A stretch of DNA of 64,000 nt from a virus. Its lineage: Duplodnaviria > Caudoviricetes. Below are positions 45,893-54,951 of the stretch, piece after piece (positions within the stretch are counted from its first letter, which is position 1; every line of letters starts with the position of its first letter). The stretch lies in the IMG/VR virus record IMGVR_UViG_3300028591_005933, positions 1,471 to 65,470 of that record. One strand, 5' to 3'. The position numbers and the translations under genes are program-made. The notes below the pieces were generated by a model. It was not told where the DNA came from. It saw nothing but the letters and a program-made list of their open reading frames with translations, and did not search any database.

Positions 45893-48709
45893 ATGAAAAC
45901 TAATAAAAAAGTAAAGGACACTAGACAATTACTTATTGAGTCTGCAGAATTTGTATCAAAGATAGAAATGTCAAAAGATTTAAAAGAAGCTGTATCATTG
46001 GCTTCTGGTAAACATGGTACATTAATTGTTAGAAATATTCCATGTACAATTTTAAATCGTCAAAATCAAAACGGACGTATTTATTCTACTGAACTTTTAG
46101 CTCAATCTATTAAAGAGGCTACACCAGATTTTAAAACAAAGGCTTTATTATCTCAAGCTGATGAACATCCAGAAGGTTCATTTGTTGCGCCTTCTCATGC
46201 TTCACATGTTGTTATTAATGCTTATATTAAGAAGAATATTGAGATAGAAGTTGAAGGAAAACGTGAAAGACATGATGTTTTATTTGAAGATTGGGAAGTT
46301 TTAAATACAGCCGAAGGTAAGAATTTAAGAGCTTTATTTGAAGCTGAATGTTCAATCGGTACATCTATTCGTGGTGTTGGTGATTTAAATGGTAAATATG
46401 TAGAAAATTATAGTTTTCTTGGTACTGATTGTGTAGGTAATCCATCTTCTTCTACTTTTACTCGTATGCCTGTTTCTGAAAGTGTAAAATTAGAATTTAA
46501 GGCAGATAAAAGAAAACTTGATGAAAATTTTATTGTTAGTAGTTCATCAACAAATGTTGTTAAAGATTTAGATCAAGCAAGTGCTTTACAAGGTGAATTA
46601 GATAGTATTGGTTATGGTACTGTTACAAAAACATCGACAAAAGTAGATAGTGAAACAGATCCTAAAACAGGGGCTGAAACAACAATGACTACTTTAGAGG
46701 CAGAAACAGAAGACGAAGTTTCTGATTTAGATAGTGCTTTATTAATGGCTAAAAGAGCAATGCTTAATGGTAAAATTAGTATTGATTCAATTACAATAGA
46801 AAACGTTAAAGAAGAAGATGAGCCTAAAAAAGAAGCGTCTGAAGAAAATGTTGAATATGCTCCTTTAAATGAAGAAGATATCAAAGAAGAAGATAAAGGT
46901 GCAGGTTTAAATAAGATTGTAGATTTGAATGGTACTCCTGTTCTGGGAGCAGATTTAGATGTTTGTTGGGAAATTGCGGATCAATTAAGAAAAAATAATG
47001 ATAAAAACAATATGAATTGGCAACGCTCTTATCAATCTTTAGTTGCTGCCAACTTACCTCAATATATTTTAGATTATGCAGATGGTAAAGATATGAATAA
47101 AAATGAAGTTAAAGAATCAGTAATTAAAGAAGCAGATGAAGAAAATAAAGCCTTAGAAGGTAAAAAATTTGTATTAAAAACACCAAATGGCTTTGTTGCA
47201 ATGGATGGAAATACTTTAGTATTTAAAAATGATCCTAAAGATGCTTTTCATTTTATTGTTGGTAAAGAAGAATCTGGTATGATCCATTTAAGTGGTGTTC
47301 AAAAAATTTTGGATGCTATGGGCGTATATGATGTAGAAAAATATTATCGTAAAGATGTAACTGACATTAGTGCAAATTATGATGCTAATTTAAGATCAAT
47401 ACAAAATAATGATAAAGTTGAAATTAAAGAACCAGATGAAGAACAAAATTTAGAAGATGCTGAAGTATCAGAAAATAGTTATTCTGTAAATAAGACTCCT
47501 GTAACATCTAATAATACAGTAAAAGCTACTCCAGCTACAGCTATTTCTGAAGATAATGGTAGTAATACAAAATATACAGCAGAAGTTACTATGAATTCAG
47601 AAGGAAAAGGTACAGAGATTAATACTATTCCTGTTTCTGCTGTTGATCTTAATTCTGCTTTGGCTGAAGTTTCAAATCTTTGGGAAATGAAATCTAAAAA
47701 GGTAAATGGTACAGTGGCTGTTAAAATGATTGATACAACTACTGGTGAAACTTTTATGTATAATCCTGCTAATAATACATTAGATCCAGTTGCTCCTCAA
47801 CAAGTTACTGAAGGCCTTGGAAGTAATGTAGATGATGGTGAAATAATTCAAGATAAAAATAAGCTTACTATGAATTTAGATCCTGATCATAAAGTAGAAA
47901 AAGAGTTTAATACTCCTGCTCAAGCTAATGTAGCAAAAGCAGTATTAGAAAAAGATGGTGCAGATGGTAGTATTATGCTTTCTGAAGAAGATGATAAATC
48001 TACCGAAGATAATCAAATTACAGATGAAACAGATAAATATATTAACAAAGGACCTAATTATATGAAAGGTCTTGTTAATAATAAAGTAGACAAAACAATA
48101 CAATCAGCTATTAATTCTGGTATAGATGTATATGATTATTGGGACGATGATGATATTGAAGAAGCTGTAAATAGTGATGAAGTTGTTCCTGGTTGGTATA
48201 TTGGAATTGATAATATTGGTGTAAGCGGTCCTTTTGATTCTAAAGAAGAGGCCTTAGATGGATTAGAGGATGTTGAAGAATATGCTACTATTATGTATTT
48301 AGGCGATGAATCTGAAAAAAATTCTGAAGAAGAAGCAACATATCAAACAGAAGATGAAATTGAAGAAGAAAATATAAATGAAAAATTATATAAGAATCCA
48401 ACTACTCCTTCTGATGGATATGTAGATGAAACTTTAAATGATTCTTTAGAAGAAGGTGAAGATAATCAAATTACTGTTACATTAACAGATATTGATTGGG
48501 ATATAAATGATTTTGATAACCTAGACGTAGAAGAAGCTGAAGATCCTGTTAATATTATAGAAGAATTACCTGATACTATTACAGTTGTATTAAATGCTGA
48601 AGATTTTGATAGTGATGATCCAGAAGAGGTTAAGGCCAAATTAATGGATTTGGCTAATCAACAAGCTGGTATTCGTATTAATAATGCAACAATTCAAAGT
48701 ATTCAATAA
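45893..48709 (+). CDS. Prohead protease (T4 gp21-like) with ~740-aa acidic C-terminal extension
   Basis: NQNGRIYS, DEHPE, SHASHVV, VLNTAEGKNL, IGTSIRGVGD, DCVGNPSS gp21 motifs in the first ~190 aa. Confidence 0.85.
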   Translation: MKTNKKVKDTRQLLIESAEFVSKIEMSKDLKEAVSLASGKHGTLIVRNIPCTILNRQNQNGRIYSTELLAQSIKEATPDFKTKALLSQADEHPEGSFVAPSHASHVVINAYIKKNIEIEVEGKRERHDVLFEDWEVLNTAEGKNLRALFEAECSIGTSIRGVGDLNGKYVENYSFLGTDCVGNPSSSTFTRMPVSESVKLEFKADKRKLDENFIVSSSSTNVVKDLDQASALQGELDSIGYGTVTKTSTKVDSETDPKTGAETTMTTLEAETEDEVSDLDSALLMAKRAMLNGKISIDSITIENVKEEDEPKKEASEENVEYAPLNEEDIKEEDKGAGLNKIVDLNGTPVLGADLDVCWEIADQLRKNNDKNNMNWQRSYQSLVAANLPQYILDYADGKDMNKNEVKESVIKEADEENKALEGKKFVLKTPNGFVAMDGNTLVFKNDPKDAFHFIVGKEESGMIHLSGVQKILDAMGVYDVEKYYRKDVTDISANYDANLRSIQNNDKVEIKEPDEEQNLEDAEVSENSYSVNKTPVTSNNTVKATPATAISEDNGSNTKYTAEVTMNSEGKGTEINTIPVSAVDLNSALAEVSNLWEMKSKKVNGTVAVKMIDTTTGETFMYNPANNTLDPVAPQQVTEGLGSNVDDGEIIQDKNKLTMNLDPDHKVEKEFNTPAQANVAKAVLEKDGADGSIMLSEEDDKSTEDNQITDETDKYINKGPNYMKGLVNNKVDKTIQSAINSGIDVYDYWDDDDIEEAVNSDEVVPGWYIGIDNIGVSGPFDSKEEALDGLEDVEEYATIMYLGDESEKNSEEEATYQTEDEIEEENINEKLYKNPTTPSDGYVDETLNDSLEEGEDNQITVTLTDIDWDINDFDNLDVEEAEDPVNIIEELPDTITVVLNAEDFDSDDPEEVKAKLMDLANQQAGIRINNATIQSIQ

Positions 48710-48804
48710 TTTAGTAATATTTACTGTTCTATATAAAAGGTATTTAAAATACTAATTTATAAATTTATAAAAGTTTAATATTCTAGAATATAAAGGTTAG
48801 AAAC

Positions 48805-49527
48805 ATGAAGAAAGAAGAAATGATTAAAATTTTGAGAGAATCTAATGCTCTTAATGTTAAAAAAGCAGAAGATACTATTCAAAATATTGATAGTAAAGAA
48901 GTAAAAGATGCTAAAGTAGCTCAAGGCATCACGGGTTTAGATTCTGAATTACCTACACAAAAGGCTATTGAGAAAGAAGTTAATAAAGATACTGGTCCAG
49001 TTGTTCCAGCAGATAAAGATGGCGTTTCTAAAAATGGTGGTGATTCTGATAAGATGGAACCTGGTAAAGTAGAAGCTGAACGTAAGAAAGAAGATAATGG
49101 CATGAAAGATATTATTAATGTTTCTAGCCGTAAAGTTGATGAAGCAAGTGAAGTAAATAATGAATTGCTTAATCAATTAAAAGAAGCTCAAGCTCGTGAA
49201 GCAGGTTATCAAGCTAAAATCGCTAAAATGAAAACTATTTGCGAAGAAGCTTTAGATAAACAAGCTGATATGCTTTCTCGTGAACACGCTAAAGAAATGG
49301 AATCTGTTTTTGAAGCTGTTATTGCAGAAGGTGAAAAAATGGAAAAAGAATTAACAGAAGCTTCTGTTAAAAATGAAAAATTATATAACAAAGCTAAGAA
49401 ATTATATGAAAGTTCTTTGCGTTTGAATAAGATTTTGTTAGAAGCTGTTAAGAAGGCTCAACCTGCTCCTACAATGGTTCGTTATACGACAACAGCTAGA
49501 CGTATTGCAGAATCAATTAGTAAATAA
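48805..49527 (+). CDS. Probable prohead scaffold/core protein (gp22-like)
   Basis: Follows the protease; E/K/A-rich coiled coil; many LxE(S/A) sites. Confidence 0.55.
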   Translation: MKKEEMIKILRESNALNVKKAEDTIQNIDSKEVKDAKVAQGITGLDSELPTQKAIEKEVNKDTGPVVPADKDGVSKNGGDSDKMEPGKVEAERKKEDNGMKDIINVSSRKVDEASEVNNELLNQLKEAQAREAGYQAKIAKMKTICEEALDKQADMLSREHAKEMESVFEAVIAEGEKMEKELTEASVKNEKLYNKAKKLYESSLRLNKILLEAVKKAQPAPTMVRYTTTARRIAESISK

Positions 49528-49556
49528 TAATAATATAAATACTATATATTGAATTT

Positions 49557-49588
49557 AGGATCGGGTTAATTTAATTCGATCCTTTTTT
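49557..49588 (+). terminator. Intrinsic terminator
   Basis: AGGAUCGGGUUA-AUU-UAAUUCGAUCCU followed by a U run. Confidence 0.75.
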
Positions 49589-49606
49589 ATTAAAATGAGG
49601 GAAATA

Positions 49607-50290
49607 ATGAAATTTTTAAAAACTTTGTGTAAGATTTTATTTGGTAAAAAAGAAAAAGATAAACAAACGGAGGTTGTTATGGAAAATAAATTTCTTAATA
49701 ATCAAAGCTTTGTAAATATAGCTAAAGAATTTGATTTAAATCCAGCACATATACGAGCAATTTTTGAAGTTGAGGCTGGAGGTAAGTCTGGGTTTTTAAA
49801 AGAAGATAGTACAAAACCGATTACTTTAGAAGAGGGGCATATATTTTATAAATACGCTAAGAAAAAAGGTTTAAACGTAGAAGAATTGTGTAAAAAATAT
49901 CCAACAATTTGTTATCCTAGATGGGTAAAAACATATTATAAAAAAGGTTTAGCAGAATATGCTCGTTATGAGCTCGCTAAAAGCGTAGATGAAGAATGTG
50001 CTATGTTAGCCACATCTTTTGGAATAGGACAGCTTATGGGCTTTAATTATGCATCCTGTGGCTATAAATCAGTTAAAGATTTTGTTAAGGCTATGCATGA
50101 GTCTGAAGAAAAACAACTTAGGGCAATGTGTATGTTTATAAAGTCAAACAGAAAGATGTTTAATGCTCTTAAAAAACAAGATTGGAGTACTTTTGCGAGT
50201 TTATACAATGGAAGCGGGTATAAACAAAATAAATATGATATTAAATTACAGTTAGCTTATAATAAATGGAAAGATACTGCATTAGCTTAA
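49607..50290 (+). CDS. N-acetylmuramidase endolysin (DUF3380/PF11860-like)
   Basis: AIFEVEAGG, EEGHIFY, TSFGIGQLMGFNY, SEEKQL, WSTFASLYNGSGYKQNKYDIKL; in-frame starts at 49607 and 49679 each have an RBS. Confidence 0.9.
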   Translation: MKFLKTLCKILFGKKEKDKQTEVVMENKFLNNQSFVNIAKEFDLNPAHIRAIFEVEAGGKSGFLKEDSTKPITLEEGHIFYKYAKKKGLNVEELCKKYPTICYPRWVKTYYKKGLAEYARYELAKSVDEECAMLATSFGIGQLMGFNYASCGYKSVKDFVKAMHESEEKQLRAMCMFIKSNRKMFNALKKQDWSTFASLYNGSGYKQNKYDIKLQLAYNKWKDTALA

Positions 50291-51205
50291 TTCTTTTTTG
50301 AGTTTTTCTACGTCATCCCATATATTTATATTTGAATCTATATATCCAGCTTTTTTATATAGTCCAAATGGTAAAAGAGTTTCTATATTTTTATTAGTTG
50401 CTATATAATTTGTACTATTATAAAGTACATGTATAGTATTTGCTTTTTTTTCATTAGCAAAAAGGTCTAAAATATTTATAGATTTATCTAGTATAATTGT
50501 TTTTCTAAGAAAATTTAAAAAATCGTTACGTTTTGGTAAAAAATTTGGAACATATTTATCAAATTCTTCTTTATTTCTATAATCGTAACCAGTGTGTGGA
50601 ATATTATAGTCTATAGATGTATTAAATTTTTTACTAAAATTTTGTATATTGAATTCATTTTTTAATACTTTTTGTATAAAATCTTCTGTAATTATAATTT
50701 GAGTATGTAATTCTAGCATAGGATATTGATTATGTAAATACAACATATTCATTTGCCATAATTCTTCTTCTTTATTAGATTTAAATCTACCAAAAGTATC
50801 ATAAGATGTACAAATACAAAGTCTTTTTAATAGCTTATTGTCGATAAAAAAATCTATAAATTTTTGAAAATAATCTTTAATATCAAAAATTAAAGAAGTA
50901 GCTATATAAAATTTATTTAGTTTATTAGTTTTTAATAAATTTGCTATGATTTCTAAGGCTTCATAGAATTTATCTTCTATTTCTTTTTGATCTAATTGAC
51001 CTCCAAAAAATTCACCACCTATAAATCCTAATTCATTATAATTATTAATTTCATCTGTTTTTAATATATTGATTATTCTTTGTAAATTTTTTAATTTGTT
51101 TTCAGCATTAAAAGTAGGCTGATATTTATTAAAGCAAAATTTACAATTAACATGACAATTTTTCCATAATTCAAATTGTAAAAATTTTTTTTCCATATTA
51201 TTCAA
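50282..51205 (-). CDS. Radical SAM protein
   Basis: QFELWKNCHVNCKFC, IGGEFF, CTSYDTFGRF; lacks the C-terminal Cys/His motif of its paralogues. Confidence 0.88.
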   Translation of the reverse strand: MNNMEKKFLQFELWKNCHVNCKFCFNKYQPTFNAENKLKNLQRIINILKTDEINNYNELGFIGGEFFGGQLDQKEIEDKFYEALEIIANLLKTNKLNKFYIATSLIFDIKDYFQKFIDFFIDNKLLKRLCICTSYDTFGRFKSNKEEELWQMNMLYLHNQYPMLELHTQIIITEDFIQKVLKNEFNIQNFSKKFNTSIDYNIPHTGYDYRNKEEFDKYVPNFLPKRNDFLNFLRKTIILDKSINILDLFANEKKANTIHVLYNSTNYIATNKNIETLLPFGLYKKAGYIDSNINIWDDVEKLKKELS

Positions 51206-52202
51206 AGTCCTCTAATAACATATTTAAAAATTTAATACCTTGGAGTAATAATTCGGGCTTTTGAAGGTATGTTGTACCTCTAAATCTTAATATTCTATTG
51301 TCATCTGATTCAATTTCATATTTTTTAAGTCTAGTTCTTAAATCAGGATTTAATTGACCTAATTCATCTGTCATATGGAAAAAATAATTTGCTCCATTTG
51401 CATCATCTTCAACTTTAAAATGTTTTTTTGAAATTATTGGAAAATAGTATTGAGTCATTATATTTCTAAATTGATATAATTTTTCTCTTTTGGCTGTTAT
51501 TAGTTCTAGCATTTTTAAATATGTATTTGCCCAATTATATATAGGTTTACCAAATTCTTTATTTTTATTATTTATTATTAAGATTCCCATATCAAAATTT
51601 CTAATTATTGCATGAGCTGTCCCAATAACATAATCAAATATAGAATAATCTCTTGGTATTAAAAACATTTCTTGTACACTATCTATAACTATTGTACTTT
51701 TTATGTTATGATTATTACAAAATTTTCTTATTTCTAAATATAAATCTTGAGCTGTTGTATATCCATCTTTGACATGAGTACCAATAATATATACAAAAAC
51801 TTTTTTATATTTTAAAATTTCTTTTTGAATATTTTTTATATTTAAAGTTTTTACATCATATTCATCTAATAATATTTTATTATCTATTTTGTCGAGATTC
51901 ATATTTACGGATGGATGCTCAAGAATAGATGAAACTACTAATGTATCTTTATCTACATATTCAGAAAATAATGCATTAATTAAATTAGTAGCAGATTCAT
52001 CAAATCTTATTGTTGAATTTTCAATATTTAAATTACATGCTGGCATTTTTTTAAAATATTGTAATAATAAATTATTATATTTTTCTTTTGATTCGAATTT
52101 AATTTCTTCAGTATTAAATGAAGTTAAAAATTTTAATTCATCGTCTGAAAAAGAATTATCTTTTAACCACCAATTTAACATATATTGCGTAGAATCATTC
52201 AT
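51198..52202 (-). CDS. PLP-dependent fold-type I (class V aminotransferase/NifS-like) protein lacking the Schiff-base Lys
   Basis: FDESATNLIN, SSILEHPSV, IDSVQ, DYVIGTAHAII (HA where class V has HK; DNA reads gct cat gca). Confidence 0.7.
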   Translation of the reverse strand: MNDSTQYMLNWWLKDNSFSDDELKFLTSFNTEEIKFESKEKYNNLLLQYFKKMPACNLNIENSTIRFDESATNLINALFSEYVDKDTLVVSSILEHPSVNMNLDKIDNKILLDEYDVKTLNIKNIQKEILKYKKVFVYIIGTHVKDGYTTAQDLYLEIRKFCNNHNIKSTIVIDSVQEMFLIPRDYSIFDYVIGTAHAIIRNFDMGILIINNKNKEFGKPIYNWANTYLKMLELITAKREKLYQFRNIMTQYYFPIISKKHFKVEDDANGANYFFHMTDELGQLNPDLRTRLKKYEIESDDNRILRFRGTTYLQKPELLLQGIKFLNMLLEDFE

Positions 52203-53135
52203 TTATTTTTCCTTCAATATTTTTTCTTTATCACACATCATGCAAGCATCACTATCTATATAACGTTGATATAAACTTAAATGACCACATTTTGGGTTTT
52301 TTGAACCATCTTCATTGTTATTTTTTCTATTGTTATAAATTCTTAATTCTTTTCCACCTAAATTTTCATATAACGTATCAGCACGTAATTCTTTATCAAA
52401 TAGAGAGATATCTTTATCTTTCTCTAAAAAAGAACTTATAAAAGAAATAAAGCTTTTTCTATTTGGAAAAAAATTTTTTAGTCCTGTTCGTTTTTCAAAA
52501 TCTGAAATAGAATTATCAAATTGACCAATGTCAGGACATTTAAAGTATATTTCGGTATTGTATTTTTGTTTAAAGTCTTTGAAAGAAAAGGTATTATTTA
52601 AATATTTATTAATTAAATCTTGTGTTAATATAAAAGTAGTATTTTTTTTAATATTTTTATAAGTATTAGATATAAATTGCATGTTATTTTTCCAAGTATC
52701 TTCTATACTTTTTGTATGAAATCTACCTATTGTATCATAACTCGTTGTTATCCAAATATTTTTATAATTATTTAATTTATTTAGTATACCTATAAATTCG
52801 TCTGAAATAGGTTTAGTTAAACTTGCTGTTATCCAAAAACCTTTGATTATATTTTTATCTAATTTTTCACAAATACAGTTAATTAAATCAATAAATTCAT
52901 TTTTTAATTGATCAGTATTTAATTGACCTTGAAAAAATTCACCACCTATTAAAGCTATTCCTTCATAGTTTTTTAAAATTAAATTATTTTCTATTAATTT
53001 TTTTGTATTTTTTATACTATTTAATTTTTCTTCATTTGAATTGAATAAATTACCCTCTTGTAAATAACAAAATTTACAGTGATTATTGCATTCTCTCCAT
53101 AATTCAAATTGAATAAAATTATCCATTAATTTCAT
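52203..53135 (-). CDS. Radical SAM protein
   Basis: QFELWRECNNHCKFC, IGGEFF, TTSYDTIGRF, CGH-x12-CMMCD. Confidence 0.88.
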   Translation of the reverse strand: MKLMDNFIQFELWRECNNHCKFCYLQEGNLFNSNEEKLNSIKNTKKLIENNLILKNYEGIALIGGEFFQGQLNTDQLKNEFIDLINCICEKLDKNIIKGFWITASLTKPISDEFIGILNKLNNYKNIWITTSYDTIGRFHTKSIEDTWKNNMQFISNTYKNIKKNTTFILTQDLINKYLNNTFSFKDFKQKYNTEIYFKCPDIGQFDNSISDFEKRTGLKNFFPNRKSFISFISSFLEKDKDISLFDKELRADTLYENLGGKELRIYNNRKNNNEDGSKNPKCGHLSLYQRYIDSDACMMCDKEKILKEK

Positions 53136-54009
53136 CCTTAAATTTTAATAAATCACAAATTATACATTTATTAGAATCTTTATAACATTGTGTATATAAA
53201 ATATCATGTTTGCACTCGGCTAATGTATCATTTATTTCTTCTATATACTCTTTATTTAATCTAGAGGTTATAACATCTGTTGGAAAAGTATAAATTTTTG
53301 AGGCTCGTTTTTCTAAATTAAATAAATTATTAAATAATTCTTTATTTTCTGTTTTTAATTTTTGCATAAATTTGAAAAAGTTATTTCTAGATGGAAAAAA
53401 ACCTTTTAAATTTCTATTTGAATGCGAATATGAATCAGAAGGTCTAATTAAATCTAACTGGTTTGAATTTATTTTTTCTAATACCTCTTTATTGTCGTTT
53501 AAATATGCAATTATTAGATCATCTGTTAAAATTGTTTCATAATGTAAATCAATTCCATAACTTTTTATTAAATCTATATTATTATGCCATATTATTTTAT
53601 TGTCTTTATTGAATCGATACTTATAATCCCAAGAGGTATTTATTGAAAAGCTATTTATAATTTTTTTATCATTAAATATATTTAAAATATCTTTTAAATA
53701 GGGACAATTATTTAATAAAGAGCTAACTATATAAAATTTTTTTAATTTTTTTGATAATAAAAGAGCTTTTATTTTGTTAAAAAGTGTTAATAATAGATTT
53801 ATTTCAATGGTAGTTAGGTCTGGTATTAGAAGTTCTCCACCAATAATACATAATTCGTCAAATTGTGTATAATCTATATTATTTAATTCTTGTATTGCTT
53901 TATTAATACAGTTTGCTTTGTTGAGATTAAAGTTTTTAAATTCACGTATAGCACAAAATGCACAATTATTTGGACAATCTAACCATAATTCAAATTGTAT
54001 TATATTCAT
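53119..54009 (-). CDS. Radical SAM protein
   Basis: QFELWLDCPNNCAFC, IGGELL, NTSWDYKYRF, CKH-x13-CIICD. Confidence 0.88.
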   Translation of the reverse strand: MNIIQFELWLDCPNNCAFCAIREFKNFNLNKANCINKAIQELNNIDYTQFDELCIIGGELLIPDLTTIEINLLLTLFNKIKALLLSKKLKKFYIVSSLLNNCPYLKDILNIFNDKKIINSFSINTSWDYKYRFNKDNKIIWHNNIDLIKSYGIDLHYETILTDDLIIAYLNDNKEVLEKINSNQLDLIRPSDSYSHSNRNLKGFFPSRNNFFKFMQKLKTENKELFNNLFNLEKRASKIYTFPTDVITSRLNKEYIEEINDTLAECKHDILYTQCYKDSNKCIICDLLKFKDEING

Positions 54010-54020
54010 TTTTTATTTTC

Positions 54021-54920
54021 CTAATAAAAATTTAATATATCACATAACATACAATTATCACAATCACTATAGCATTGATATAATTTACTGTGTCCGCATT
54101 TTATATTTTTGTTAGTTTTATCAATAGATAATTCTGGAGTTTGAGTTGTGTTTTCGTTTGGCATTAACAATCCAGAATATTTAAATTTACTAGAATTTAT
54201 GGTAGATGCTATAAAATTTTCAAGTGTTTGTGGATTTGTTGTTTTTAAATTTATACAAAAGTTTAAAAAATCCTTTCTTTTAAAATTAAAATCATCTAGT
54301 TTAAGCCCAGTATGTATCGGGTGTGGATATAATAAACATAAAGTGTTACCAGGAATAATATTAGTTTCAAAATTTGTTATATTAAAATCATCATTTTTTA
54401 TAAGGTCAATTAAATATTGAGTTAAAATCATTTGAACTCCAACATTATAATTATATTTTTTATGGAATTCGTTTATATTATTTAAAACTAAACTTGAAGC
54501 TTTACTAGAAGAAAATCTATATTTTAAATCATAAGAAAAATTAAGATCTATTCTTTCTATTCCTGTAGCATTGACAATTTTATCTATAACTTTGTATAAA
54601 AATTCAGGATTATATAAACCATTTGTTACTGTTGAATATTTTGCTAATTTATTAGGCTTTAATACTATTTCAATTATATCATCAATTAATTCAAAAAACT
54701 TATTTTGTAATGAGGCATCAGTAATATAATATAATTCACCGCCAAGTAATGATATTCCATGCTTAAACTTATTTTTCCAATCTACGTATTTTAAATTTTC
54801 TTGTATTTTTTCAAGTTTTTTAAATTGAGCCTCTATAGAAATTGGGATTCTATCAGTTCTTAAGCAAAATTTGCAATTATTACTACAGTTTGGCCATACA
54901 CTATATTGTACCATAGACAT
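54021..54920 (-). CDS. Radical SAM protein
   Basis: QYSVWPNCSNNCKFC, LGGELY, NFSYDLKYRF, CGH-x12-CMLCD. Confidence 0.88.
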   Translation of the reverse strand: MSMVQYSVWPNCSNNCKFCLRTDRIPISIEAQFKKLEKIQENLKYVDWKNKFKHGISLLGGELYYITDASLQNKFFELIDDIIEIVLKPNKLAKYSTVTNGLYNPEFLYKVIDKIVNATGIERIDLNFSYDLKYRFSSSKASSLVLNNINEFHKKYNYNVGVQMILTQYLIDLIKNDDFNITNFETNIIPGNTLCLLYPHPIHTGLKLDDFNFKRKDFLNFCINLKTTNPQTLENFIASTINSSKFKYSGLLMPNENTTQTPELSIDKTNKNIKCGHSKLYQCYSDCDNCMLCDILNFY

Positions 54921-54951
54921 TGTTAAATCCCCCTTTTAACATCTATGCTAT

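Noticed and set aside
50282-54920. Radical SAM genes as QueE/7-deazaguanine DNA modification, NrdG activase or cofactor-biosynthesis enzymes
   Set aside because: No QueC/QueD/FolE/DpdA, NrdD or cofactor-pathway genes are adjacent, and the shared family motifs and paralogue expansion do not resemble those single-copy enzymes. Not fully excluded, because partners could lie outside the window.
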